Source: a virus. From it: a DNA stretch of 64,000 nucleotides. Made by a program: the position numbers and the translations under genes. The notes under the pieces are model-generated. The model did not search any database. It had not been told where the DNA came from and saw only the letters and a list, made by a program, of their open reading frames with translations. Below, piece by piece: positions 16,096 through 27,270 of this stretch. The stretch covers positions 17,813 through 81,812 of IMG/VR virus record IMGVR_UViG_3300005578_000001, one strand, 5' to 3'. The first letter of the stretch is position 1. The number at the start of each line of letters is the position of its first letter.

Positions 16096-16866
16096 TGTTA
16101 ATCTCCTTGTTCTCTTTTAAGATTCTCGTTAATCCTTCAACTAGTGCTTCTGCTTGAATATCAGTTAGCGGAATTAGCTCACTACGGCTGTAAGGATAGA
16201 TGCCTTTCAGTACTCGACGCCGTCCTTCCCAGTCGTAGACCACGTCAATTCCGTGGCCTGTTTGCATGTGAATTGACATCGCTCGTCTCCTGTCTCTTTA
16301 GTCGTAGCCATTGCAGAAACCGTTCAAACCTCCACTCGTAAGCTGGGAGATCCTCAGCCTCCCCGACTGCCTCATCGATAAACTCCCGCATCAACTGACG
16401 CAGTTCATCCAAATCGATCACAATCCCCTGTCTTGGTCTAACTATACTGAACCTACGCGGGGTCTTTAGTGGCATTACTTCCCCCACCTCGCATTTACGG
16501 GTTGCCGGGTATCGTCGGCGGGGGGTATCTCGGTAAGTTCTGAATGCATCTTCTTGCCGACTCCGATCAGATCATCCGCGTGATGCTTCAGAGTTTGACG
16601 ATCCGGTTCGTCGAGATCGGATTCGTAGAGGCAAAGGAACTCAGATAATACTCTGTCCAGTCTACCAATTACTAAATCAAAGTTGTCTCGATTCATTTCA
16701 TCTCCTCCGTTCAGTGAGAATTGAACCCTGCCCGCAAACACACTTCCCACTCCCATCCAAATACACATGCCTCGGCTTCAATCCTGCGCCGCGATCCTCG
16801 CATTGCAACTGCGCGATCTTCTCCGCGGTCCACTGGTCAGCCTCCTGCTTAACTTTTCTCTCACCC

Positions 16867-17607
16867 TCATCCATCCAGCAATCCTCCCTGACGTTCTTTA
16901 GCTGCAATCAGGTGGTACATGCTCGGTTGCGCTTCGTTACAGCGACGAGCGGCGATCTCGCAGTATTTCTCCTCAAGTTCGATTCCGATTGCTTTGCGGC
17001 CTAAGTCTTTAGCGGCGCGGAGGGTGGTGCCGCTACCGAGGTATGGATCGATTATCAGATCGCCCTCTCGGGTTGATACTTGGATTAGCTGCCCGATAAT
17101 GTCGACGTCCTTTTCCGTAGGATGTCCAAACTCAGATGATGCGCAGGTTGTGCGTTTTACTTTTGAATAGAACTGAAACGGAGCATCATTATTGAAATAG
17201 CACTTGCCTGCTTCACGGTAGAACAAAAGGAATTCAATGTCTGAGAGATACTTATTGTTTTTAGTCGGGATAGGGTTAGCTTTCGTATAAGCAAGCACGT
17301 CCCAACCCCACCCCGACTGACTAAGAAACACCGTGTACTCTGGCAGTAGATCCTTCGAGCAAAAGATATACCCGTGGGCCGACTTCCCAACCGTCGAAAG
17401 AGTGGATATAAACCATTGCGGGTCAAACTCGCTAAGCGGTTTTATGGAACGATAGGTCTCCCTTCTAGCTATCATCCCGCCGCCGCCCGTGCTTTGCTTG
17501 TAAGGCGGATCAGTAAGCAGCAGATCGCATTTCGGCAAAGATGATAGCACTTCGCGGGCATCACCGTGATAGATCGTAATTCCATTTTCTTCGTAGTACG
17601 ACCTCAT
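16867..17607 (-). CDS. DNA N6-A/N4-C methyltransferase (beta class)
   Basis: LTDPPY, HPTEK, IIDPYLGSGTT, GIELEEKYC. Confidence 0.93.
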   Translation of the reverse strand: MRSYYEENGITIYHGDAREVLSSLPKCDLLLTDPPYKQSTGGGGMIARRETYRSIKPLSEFDPQWFISTLSTVGKSAHGYIFCSKDLLPEYTVFLSQSGWGWDVLAYTKANPIPTKNNKYLSDIEFLLFYREAGKCYFNNDAPFQFYSKVKRTTCASSEFGHPTEKDVDIIGQLIQVSTREGDLIIDPYLGSGTTLRAAKDLGRKAIGIELEEKYCEIAARRCNEAQPSMYHLIAAKERQGGLLDG

Positions 17608-18680
17608 GCGTCCGGCCTCAACGTCGCGTGTAGATACCGATGCTCACCTTCACTGAGGAGGAGAATCGAGGTTGCGTCCTTCAGGTGTAGCTCCGGCGCT
17701 TCCACTTGTTCCAGAAACGTTAACAACTGATCCGCGTTCACCTTCACCACCAGCCCCTCTCCATTCAACGTCGGGCAACTCAACGGCACTTCTTCGATCG
17801 ACTCCCCGTCTCCACCGTAGGAGCGCACAGTGAGTGATTCGCGGCTAAACTCCAGGTTCAATCTCCGGCGCACCAGATTCCCCTCACTCGCCGTCACACA
17901 GCACCGTCGAATTGCGTCCCTGACTTCACTGTTCAACCGCACCACATGCGGCGTCTCAGTCGGCACAATCTTTTTCCACGGCGGGAATTGACCGAGCAGG
18001 AGCCGCGCGTGCATCTTGCGTCCCTCACACCCTACCGTGAGACTGTTTTCACTCACGGTTAGCGTGGCTATCTCCCTATCGTTGAGTACCGCGCGCAACA
18101 CCGGGACCGCCACATTCGGCACGGTGGCTTGAAAGGTGAGATCGCAATCCATGAGGCGTACAATCCCAGCTTGTGTCCCATCAAACGCCACTACATTCAA
18201 CTCCCCTTGCTCAGCCTGCAAACACACCCCCTGGGTCGCATACCTGCCTTCCCGCTTGTCCGCGCAAGGGGAGACTCGTGAAATCGCGTCTGAGAGCCTC
18301 TGTGCGTCAACGGAGAGGGTCTGGCCGGACTGGTCATGCGTCACCGGGAAGGCGTCAACCGGGTGAAACGGGAGTCGATGGCGGGAGCGTCCGGCAATTA
18401 CTTCGACTCGATTGTCTTTCAGTTCAAACCTCACGCTCTCATCCGAGGTCAGTCGCATGGCCTCTCGCAATGGCGTCAACGGGAGACAGTACGCCTCCTC
18501 TCCCCCACCGGGCACCGTCACGCTCAACGTCGCATCCACGCGCGTCGTCGTCAGTCGCGCCTCACCTTGTGTAGCCTCAACTTTCACAAAGGCGAGAATC
18601 GGCATCGTCGTCTTCACCTCCAGCGCCGAGGCGAGAAGAGCAAGAGCGTCGGCAAGGGGCTTACGGGGGAGGGCGATCAT
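17604..18680 (-). CDS. dnaN: DNA polymerase III beta sliding clamp-like protein
   Basis: KTTMPILAFV, EGRYATQGV, VVAFDG, LLLGQFPPWKKIVP; 358 aa. Confidence 0.88.
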   Translation of the reverse strand: MIALPRKPLADALALLASALEVKTTMPILAFVKVEATQGEARLTTTRVDATLSVTVPGGGEEAYCLPLTPLREAMRLTSDESVRFELKDNRVEVIAGRSRHRLPFHPVDAFPVTHDQSGQTLSVDAQRLSDAISRVSPCADKREGRYATQGVCLQAEQGELNVVAFDGTQAGIVRLMDCDLTFQATVPNVAVPVLRAVLNDREIATLTVSENSLTVGCEGRKMHARLLLGQFPPWKKIVPTETPHVVRLNSEVRDAIRRCCVTASEGNLVRRRLNLEFSRESLTVRSYGGDGESIEEVPLSCPTLNGEGLVVKVNADQLLTFLEQVEAPELHLKDATSILLLSEGEHRYLHATLRPDA

Positions 18681-19294
18681 TCGGCGCCCAGCTTCTCTTC
18701 CAGTGTGTCCAGGTCAGCCTTGAAAGTGTCAAGTTGATCTTCTAATTCCTGGGCCTTATCTCGTAATTGATCAATCTCACTTTGCATTTCAGCACGTATC
18801 TCCTCACCGCTCACTTGCTGTTCCTCCGATTGTCGTAAGGCGTTAGCTAAATACGCAATCTTCTCAGCCTCAGTCGTCACCCCCAGATACGAAGGCCAGT
18901 GGTCTAACTCGGCGTTGGTGGCTAGTTCGTGTAGGTCCATGATTAGTCTCCCTCGCCACGATCGATCTTATTGTTAGCAGCACTCTCCGCGCATTTGGGG
19001 CATAAGTCGCCGTGCTCGCTATTCATATCCCAACCCCGACGTTGCATGCGCTCGTGAACCACATTGCTTACGTCTACGTTTGCGTGTTCACCGCAACTAT
19101 CGCAGTCAACGCCAATATCAACATCTGCATCAATTGCCATCACTCACCACCTTTCTCCAGTGCGGCCATTTGCTGCTCGTAGTCGCCTTTCAGTCTTGCC
19201 GAACAGTCAGCACAGAGCGGCATCCCATCTGCAAGGATTACGGCGGGCTTTGGTATTCTTCTCTCCGTTACGCAGTTTTCACAGTCTAATTTCA

Positions 19295-19501
19295 TTATGA
19301 TTTCTCCAGCTTGTAAGAAGCGAAACGTTTCTTATTCTTCTCAACGATGACGGTGGTTATTGGATAACCCGCCTGTCTTAACTCCAGAATCCTTCCTGAG
19401 AGTCGGAAGACTCCAAACCTTTCCAACGCCAATAAGGGATCGATCGAGTGGCCCTGTTTGAGCCATGAAAGGATTTCTTCGTTTTGACTTTTGGTGTTCA
19501 T
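19295..19501 (-). CDS. small HTH protein
   Basis: SQNEEILSWLKQGHSIDPLLALERFGVFRLSGRILELRQAG. Confidence 0.75.
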   Translation of the reverse strand: MNTKSQNEEILSWLKQGHSIDPLLALERFGVFRLSGRILELRQAGYPITTVIVEKNKKRFASYKLEKS

Positions 19502-19576
19502 CTCAACCCCTCGGGGAGAATTGGACCAGCCCTGTTGCGTAACCAGCCCAATTCTCCCACGTAGCCGCCCCCTCGG

Positions 19577-20296
<720 letters not shown>

Positions 20297-20715
20297 ATTA
20301 GACCTCGCCCTCGATCATCTCTTGAATGCGCTCAGCCGCCCCTTCAGCTAAACCCTGTGTTTAGGTCGTGGATTCGTTGATTCTAAAACCGCTTCTGCTT
20401 CATCGATAATGTTTTGGTGCGGGACAACTCCGTTACGGGAGTATTGAATCACACGATCAAGCGCGTCTCGAAGATTGTTACGATCAATACACGCCGCCAT
20501 CATTTTCGTTCTTAGTGATTCGTTCTGGCGTCTTGTTACCTTATCTACGCCATTTGCCTGCAAATCCATTACCTGAATTTCTAAAGCAGTAACCTCGAAA
20601 CATTTATCCCGATAACCTTCCTGAAAGGCCAGGGCGCGACGCTTCCACTGCTCCGCACGCGCGGCTAGTTCGTTTACAAACGACGTTAATAACGGATTAC
20701 ATTCAGGGCTGGTAT

Positions 20716-21000
20716 TCATGCCCGCCGTATCCTTTCAAATAATTTTGGTTGCGCAAGCATCTTATTCAATACGTCTGGAGGTATTTTCCCAGCCAACGCA
20801 AACAATTCATCAGCGGCCCCGCGCTCAAGCCCTAATGCCTTGACCATTCGCTCAATCGTGGTTGGCCCCGGCATATGATTAGGAACGTCGTTCTCAATCC
20901 GGGAAAGATAGGCGGCGTCCATCTGGAGCAACGCCGCCAGCTCGCGCTGTGCCAACCCCCCGGACACGCGCAGAGACTTAAGTTTTCTGCCGAAAGTCAT
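20716..21000 (-). CDS. XRE HTH regulator (probably leaderless)
   Basis: FGRKLKSLR..LAQRELA..AYLSRIEN; TTGACA-17-CACAAT just upstream. Confidence 0.85.
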   Translation of the reverse strand: MTFGRKLKSLRVSGGLAQRELAALLQMDAAYLSRIENDVPNHMPGPTTIERMVKALGLERGAADELFALAGKIPPDVLNKMLAQPKLFERIRRA

Positions 21001-21032
21001 GGATATTGTGTATCACTTTCTAGATAACGATG

Positions 21033-21512
21033 TCAACATATTTCTTGCTCGTAACGTAATTTTTCTTTTTCATGTTCCTGTTTCCACAGGATAGCCATTA
21101 GTTTACGATCTTTCTTCTGTCTGGTTTGGGCGCGAATCATTAAACGATCGTATTCAGCTTGACCTATTTGATTTAGTTTCCATTGACGGTGAAGTTCTGG
21201 ATTCCCCCCTAATTCATTATGGCAGTTAAAACAGTGTGCGCTGACGTTAAGAGGATCAAAACGAGTAGACTCTCTATCTCGCGACCAAAAATGGGAGGCG
21301 TGCAAACCCTGCGAGCCTACTTCGTATTGAGTACCGCAGCGTTCGCAACACCAGTTCGCTTTATACCGGATGTATAAAGAAAAGAAACGGTCAGCCGGAT
21401 CAATCTTTATGCCCCTTGATCGTTTACGAGCCTGCGGGGCACGTGAAGAAAAAACCTCTTCATAAGTTTTACTGGCGAACCCTGTTCTTCGCATGGGAAT
21501 TGATCGTTTCAT
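21033..21512 (-). CDS. NinG/Rap-like recombination nuclease
   Basis: ADRFFSLYIR..CCERCG..HASHFWSR..TRFDPLNVSAHCFNCH. Confidence 0.8.
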   Translation of the reverse strand: MKRSIPMRRTGFASKTYEEVFSSRAPQARKRSRGIKIDPADRFFSLYIRYKANWCCERCGTQYEVGSQGLHASHFWSRDRESTRFDPLNVSAHCFNCHNELGGNPELHRQWKLNQIGQAEYDRLMIRAQTRQKKDRKLMAILWKQEHEKEKLRYEQEIC

Positions 21513-21718
21513 TCAGGCAACCTAATCCCCCGGTTAATGTTGGGAACACGGGTAATTAACCCGAGGTTTTCCAATCCAACCAGAATATCAAAAATACTCG
21601 CAGGGGATCTCAGCCCGACAAACTGACCGATTTCTTTGATGGTGGGGGATTCTTTATTTGAAGCAATGTAACCTCTGATAAAATCCAAGACTTGTTTGTA
21701 TCTTTTATGTGCTGTCAT
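21509..21718 (-). CDS. LexA DNA-binding-domain-only protein
   Basis: QVLDFIRGYI..SPTIKEIGQFVGLRSPASI..LENLGLITRVPNINRGI. Confidence 0.82.
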   Translation of the reverse strand: MTAHKRYKQVLDFIRGYIASNKESPTIKEIGQFVGLRSPASIFDILVGLENLGLITRVPNINRGIRLPE

Positions 21719-23991
21719 TTTGCTTTCCCTTAAGCGTATTCGTAGCGTTCAACATTCGAATCCTCTAAAGCCGATTTGCACTCAGCCTCAAGATCGAATA
21801 ATTCCCGATCGGGCGGAATCTTTGCTTGACGTAACGCCGCGAATATACACACCGGACAGCCGCCCGCCTTTCTTCTGAGCAGCGGTAGTGCTTCATGTAA
21901 TGCGGCGTACAAGGGAGACAATGGCTTGTTCTGCCACATCTCTTCGTCGGTGCGGGTATCGGGCATATCTGGATCAGGGAGCAGCGCGATTAACTCTTCA
22001 AGTGGCGTGTGTTCCGTTTCCAGCACGTCACACATGCGGCAGACGCGGTGTGGGTTATTCGTGCAGTGCTGCTCGTGTATCTTCATCGCCCCAGCATGAC
22101 AATTCGCCTTCTTGCAAAAATCGCAGTAGTAGCGCCAGACTCTTTTCTTTCTCATTTGCTTTCCTGTTTGTCTCGCTCTTCCCGTTCCCCGCCGCAAATC
22201 TGAGAGAGTGATAAGTAATCAGAATCCTGTTCACGAAAAGGATCGCCACAGTTAGCGCATTCTATTAGAATCATTTAGCACTTCCTGTTTCGGTTAAGCT
22301 TTCTTCAACGGTGGACGCTCATAATCCACGTCGCCTTGATACACAACTTTGTCATCAGGTGGCGTATAGAACACAGCCTTAGTGAATCTCACTTCGACAT
22401 ATCCATCACTGGCTAATTTTTCAGATACGAATTCTCCGGCGTCCAGGCGTCGGCGTTCAATAAAAGATTCAACTCGTTCACGTGGGGTTTCTCTCATTTT
22501 GGTTTTACGCTGGCCGGGATACCGCAGCACTTGGGCCACTTCTTGAGATACTTTTCCATCTCCTTAGCGATCTTTTCTCCGCGCCGTCCACAGACCGGGC
22601 ATGAGAGTATGGCTCCGTTCGGAAAACAGAAGCTTACAAACTCCTCGGTTGACTTAAACTTCTGGCGCATGGTCTTTGGCAGGCCAAGAGTATTAAATCC
22701 GATAGGTGAATTCTGCCTCATCGCAGATCGCGCCCTTCGTTTCTCATATGCCGTCGCAATGCTCGAACGTTGACAATAGAATCTTTCTTTAGGATTCGCT
22801 GTAACCACGGCGGGCAATCATCCCGTCGAAGCGAGTAGCAGTCCGATAGTTCGTACCACCACGTATTACCATTCTCAAGAGTTACGGCAAGCTGGGTTAA
22901 GCGGACAGCTTTCATCTGATGCGATTAACCCGTATAGATCATGCCCACTGTCACGCCGAACGCGCACGGGTTTCCCGATCTTAAATTCAGCGTCCCGCGC
23001 TTCTTTAAGCCAGTCGCGATACTTGCAGAATACTTCCAGACGTGATTTTAGAATTTCAGTCGGCAACTTAATTACCGTCCTTTCCATTTCCGTTAGAATG
23101 CCACCGCGTAAAGCGAATACAGGGATCGCCACAGAAGAATTGATTGGCCCAAACTTTCACCATGTAGACTACGTTGCGCGGGTTCTTTCCCTCAAGCATA
23201 AATTCGGTTAAGGTACAACGCCAGATTGCTAACCCTCTTTCGCAACAGCTTACGTTTTCTACTACAAACTGTCTTTGCAGATAGTTGAGCTGCAAGTGAA
23301 TGATGTTTTTGAACTCGATTACAGCGGGACAATCGAGATTAACGTCACGTTTTGTTCCTTTAGGTGGCATGGGGAATATATGTTTGTTAGCGATAGTCTG
23401 GTAAGTCTTCCCAGTTTTGTGACACGCCGCATTCGGCTGTATCGGGATGACAGCAAGTATCGGCCACACAGTCACACTCCTGTTGGCATTCAGGGCATTT
23501 ATGTACATCAATTCCCTGAGCCCGCTCAATGTCATCTAGTGAACAACCGGGCGGCAAGTCCCACCTGAAAAGTCCGTTGCGCATTTTCGTTACCTCTCTT
23601 GCTCTTTCGCGGTTTAGTTAAGCAGGCGTACCCGATTACCATCGATGCTGTAACACCCTGAGACCCCCTCAAACCATGCCACAGCGCTATGAAACCCCAT
23701 GACGACCGCGGGCGAAATAATAGTGGTTTCGACTTCCTCGGTGTCCTTACGCAGCATAACCTTTGTACCCACTGGAAACTCGCGATTAAATTTTGCGACC
23801 ATATACTCTAACCGTCTTTGGTTTGGTTGATTTCTGACATTTCTTCCCATTTGCTCTCCTCTCTCGTTTTCTGTGCTAGTAATTTCTTAACTGCGCTTAA
23901 TCCCTTTTCGTACCGTTCAGTATTCTCGTATCCTAACTTTCGCGCGGTAGTCTTCTGTAGCTGAAAGTCTTTCAGTGTCGAGTTGCGTTGG

Positions 23992-24432
23992 CTATGTTTC
24001 TTCTTTTTCAATCAATATACCCCGTCTTTTCTGCGCTCTTAATCGACAGGAGTGCGCGGTCTTTGCGCGGTGACAAGGGACACAGAGCGTTTGCATGTTA
24101 TCCACCTCAAACGGATCACCTCCGTCCGTAATTTCCTTAACATGATCGGCTTCCCAGAGGCTACCGGACATTACTCCGCATACTCGACAAACACCCTTGT
24201 CACGTCGGAACACCTCTGCTTTTAGTGCTCCGGGGCCAGTGCGAATTCTGACCTGTTTTCCACAAGCTCCGGAGCAAAACGTCCGTCGCGGTCTAAAAAC
24301 CAAACCGCAGCACCATCTGCAAAGTGAGTTTCCTGAGAAATCAATACGCTCGGGGAAGTCAGAAGAGCGAAGCCGTCTTAGATTCGCCATGTCTTTCTTT
24401 CCCGGCGCGCGGTTGCGAGCTGATCTGCCCAT
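23992..24432 (-). CDS. HNH endonuclease
   Basis: VFRRDKGVCRVCG..WEADHVKEITDGG..NMQTLCVPCHRAKT. Confidence 0.85.
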   Translation of the reverse strand: MGRSARNRAPGKKDMANLRRLRSSDFPERIDFSGNSLCRWCCGLVFRPRRTFCSGACGKQVRIRTGPGALKAEVFRRDKGVCRVCGVMSGSLWEADHVKEITDGGDPFEVDNMQTLCVPCHRAKTAHSCRLRAQKRRGILIEKEET

Positions 24433-24887
24433 TGCTCTCGGGCAAGCTTCGCAATCTCTAATTTACGTTTTGTGCGGACGGCTGAAGGTTTGGCTTGCCC
24501 AGCGAGATAGTCGGCTTCGCGATTGCGCTCGCGTGGTATCCATCGAAGTACGACTTTTGGTAATTGCTGTTTGAGATTTTGTGCTTCTTTGGCCCACTTG
24601 TAATACAGACCACGACGTACTTTCCACTTTCCGTTTAATTGTTGAACAACGAGCTTTGAGTCGCCGTAAATTACCCCTTGAGAGATATGATTTTTGAGCA
24701 GGAAGCGCAGCACCGCAATCACCCCAGCGTATTCAGCGACATTACATGACATTTCCGGTCCACAGCCGACATAGACAGACTCTTGGAATAATGTCTTTCC
24801 TTCCTTGTTTCTAACTATAGCCCCATAGGTTGCTTGACCCTTCGGACCACAACCACCATCGAAGTAACTTACAGTCTCGATATCCAT
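24378..24887 (-). CDS. RNase HI-like protein
   Basis: YFDGG, NVAEYAG, GDSKLVVQQLNGKWKV, WIPRERNREADYLA; start moved to ATG 24887. Confidence 0.88.
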   Translation of the reverse strand: MDIETVSYFDGGCGPKGQATYGAIVRNKEGKTLFQESVYVGCGPEMSCNVAEYAGVIAVLRFLLKNHISQGVIYGDSKLVVQQLNGKWKVRRGLYYKWAKEAQNLKQQLPKVVLRWIPRERNREADYLAGQAKPSAVRTKRKLEIAKLAREQWADQLATARRERKTWRI

Positions 24888-25424
24888 GTCTTTCCTATTA
24901 CAACGCTTAGGGTGGTGAAGCGAAGCGAGGACAGACGGAGCCTTATAGTAACAGGGTGTCTGTCCACGAGAAGTCAACGCCCAGTGACGGAGCCAGCTCG
25001 CTTCGGACGCGGGTTCTGCGCGGGGTGTGTACGTCCTAGTCGAATCGGACGCACGGCCATGCAATTACATTTAACGTCTTATCCGCGCACGCCCATAGCG
25101 CTAAAACATGCTACAGCCTCTGCCGAGGATGTTCCGCAAGCGGGTGCCTTAGACGGGATACATTCAAATTGTGATTGTGGATTGAAATCCATTATCGACT
25201 ATACCCAAAACAATCTTATGATAATTTTGCCATTGAAGGCAAGAACTTTTTTTGCTAGGATGTTTTTGGCTTTGGTCACTTCGGATAATTGCCTGCCTAA
25301 AAACCATGCGACTATATCCAACCGAAGATGAGCCACGGCTGAATGATTTGACCGTCATCAGCCTTTAAGATCCAAGCACGCGCCCCGCCAGTTTAACGAC
25401 CAGCGGGGCGTTCGTGTGTCTGGG

Positions 25425-26267
25425 CTAAAACGGTATCAGTGAGTCTAACTTTTCAAGCATTGCCTCACGGAGCGGTTTGGGTAACTTTTCAATCTCGCCC
25501 CAGTTAGTAGTCCCGAAATAGTCCGTCAGAAGTTGCTCTGTCGTAGCTCCGTCTACGGCCTTTGTGTCTGCCAATGCGTTGACTGTTCGTTTGATATCCC
25601 GTAACGGGTCATCTTCCGCGTCGTGACTTTCCAGCCCGTTTGAATCCTGAGCGGGGTGTGAATCCTCTGTCTTGTTCTCCTGAGGGCTCTGAGCCCCGTT
25701 TCTGGCGAAAGCAGCGGCCCCTACTGTCGGGATGACAAACCGGATCATCCGGTCAGTGAGAAAGTCTTCTTGAGCACCGTAATCCCACTTCCCGCTGGAA
25801 CGTTGAATGGGTTCAGGCATTTGACCCGGATTCTCACGGGTATACTTCTGCGGCACTGAAACCCCGTCCTGTTGAGCGTTAAACGCGATTGCGTCTTCTT
25901 TCTTGTCGTGCCACGCAGAGAACCGAACAGGTTTTGAGTAATCAATCATTTCCGCGATTTTCATAAAGCGGGTGTTTACTCGTGAGTCAAAAGGGATTTC
26001 CAGAACACAATCGGTTCCGTCCGCGTCGATGAAAATATTCCAACCCCGGAACTTTCGCCCGCCGTGCTCCCGATCGTAGCGTTCAATTTTGTTTATATAC
26101 CCAGCTACGGCCCGGTAGGGATGGATCCATTTTTTGTAAGGCGTTCCATCGAACACGCCTTCGATCTTTTTGAATCCTTCTCTCTCGATTTTGGACTCCT
26201 GGATAATTCCACCGTGCTTGATTTTCAGGTAAATACCTTTACCGCCGTCGTATTCCTCTAACGCCAT
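25425..26267 (-). CDS. hypothetical recombination/ssDNA-binding-like protein
   Basis: Follows the exonuclease; acidic tail ending IPF. Confidence 0.5.
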   Translation of the reverse strand: MALEEYDGGKGIYLKIKHGGIIQESKIEREGFKKIEGVFDGTPYKKWIHPYRAVAGYINKIERYDREHGGRKFRGWNIFIDADGTDCVLEIPFDSRVNTRFMKIAEMIDYSKPVRFSAWHDKKEDAIAFNAQQDGVSVPQKYTRENPGQMPEPIQRSSGKWDYGAQEDFLTDRMIRFVIPTVGAAAFARNGAQSPQENKTEDSHPAQDSNGLESHDAEDDPLRDIKRTVNALADTKAVDGATTEQLLTDYFGTTNWGEIEKLPKPLREAMLEKLDSLIPF

Positions 26268-26316
26268 GATAGTTTTCCTTTCGTTAAGGCGAGCTAATTA
26301 CTTAATCTCGCATTGG

Positions 26317-27270
26317 TTAATAGGGAATAAGCCCCAGCTTTGTTTCAGAAGCGATTTTAATGCTTTCTTTCAGTTGATTGCTGAGACTTGGTTTAAGTTT
26401 TGCCCACTGTGGACAAAATTCCGAAACCGGGCAATACGATTCACAGCGAACCGATCCGCCCGGTCTGTGTTCTAGTTGATATAAATGCGCGTGACTATCA
26501 GCGATATTATTGTCGATCCATCTCTTTGCCTGACTTTCATCGTCGCATAACTTGGTGGCCTTTTTATTTCCTTTTTTCATGATGGCCCACTTGACCGGAT
26601 GCGCCCAACGTTCTTCCTCTGAACATTCGGGCCAGATACCCTCACGATCGGCTCGTTGATGCAAGGCGACTCGTTCATGTAGATAAGCTCTAACCTGTTC
26701 ATTGGACCATAACGGAACAGGCTTGATAATTACTTGTCGTTGGGGATAATCGGGTTCTCTTGCGGCCCGTGATCTAGACCAATCCCGGCCAATAGCAACA
26801 ATCTGAGCCCTTAAAACTATTTTACCGATCAATCGAAGTAAATAGGCGTAGACATTTACTTGTGCTTCCCATTCGGATTTTAGGTTCTTATCCTTCATGG
26901 CATAGACTGAGGTCAGTTTCCAGTCAGTTAATACTTCACCTTCTAAGGTAAACTCACTGAGATCGTAGTGACCGATAACTTTCCAGCCTAAAATCTCAGT
27001 TGAGAGCGCCTCTTCCGTGGTACAATGATCGAAGTTCTTTGCACTCTTTTCTAGCACGTCATGTAGCAGGGTTCCCATGAGAGAGAAGATGCGATCCGCG
27101 GCGTCTTCTTCGATGTCGTTATCGTGTCGTTTCATTAAAGCCCGGAGCTGGACGGGCTGGATGACACTGGATACGCGAATAGAATTCGGATCATCGTCAG
27201 ACTCGTGACGGGTAGCGGTGACAGCCCTTACGAGCGGGGCGGGCAGGTTGTATTTATTCGTTATTCTCAT
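26317..27270 (-). CDS. Cas4-like PD-(D/E)xK exonuclease
   Basis: GTLLHDVLE, GHYD..LTDWK, QVNVYAYL, C-terminal RCESYCPVSEFCPQW. Confidence 0.8.
   Translation of the reverse strand: MRITNKYNLPAPLVRAVTATRHESDDDPNSIRVSSVIQPVQLRALMKRHDNDIEEDAADRIFSLMGTLLHDVLEKSAKNFDHCTTEEALSTEILGWKVIGHYDLSEFTLEGEVLTDWKLTSVYAMKDKNLKSEWEAQVNVYAYLLRLIGKIVLRAQIVAIGRDWSRSRAAREPDYPQRQVIIKPVPLWSNEQVRAYLHERVALHQRADREGIWPECSEEERWAHPVKWAIMKKGNKKATKLCDDESQAKRWIDNNIADSHAHLYQLEHRPGGSVRCESYCPVSEFCPQWAKLKPSLSNQLKESIKIASETKLGLIPY

Noticed and set aside
26317-27270. Cas4-like nuclease as part of the Cas7-like system
   Set aside because: It lies 14 kb away in the recombination module; solo Cas4-like exonucleases are common in phages
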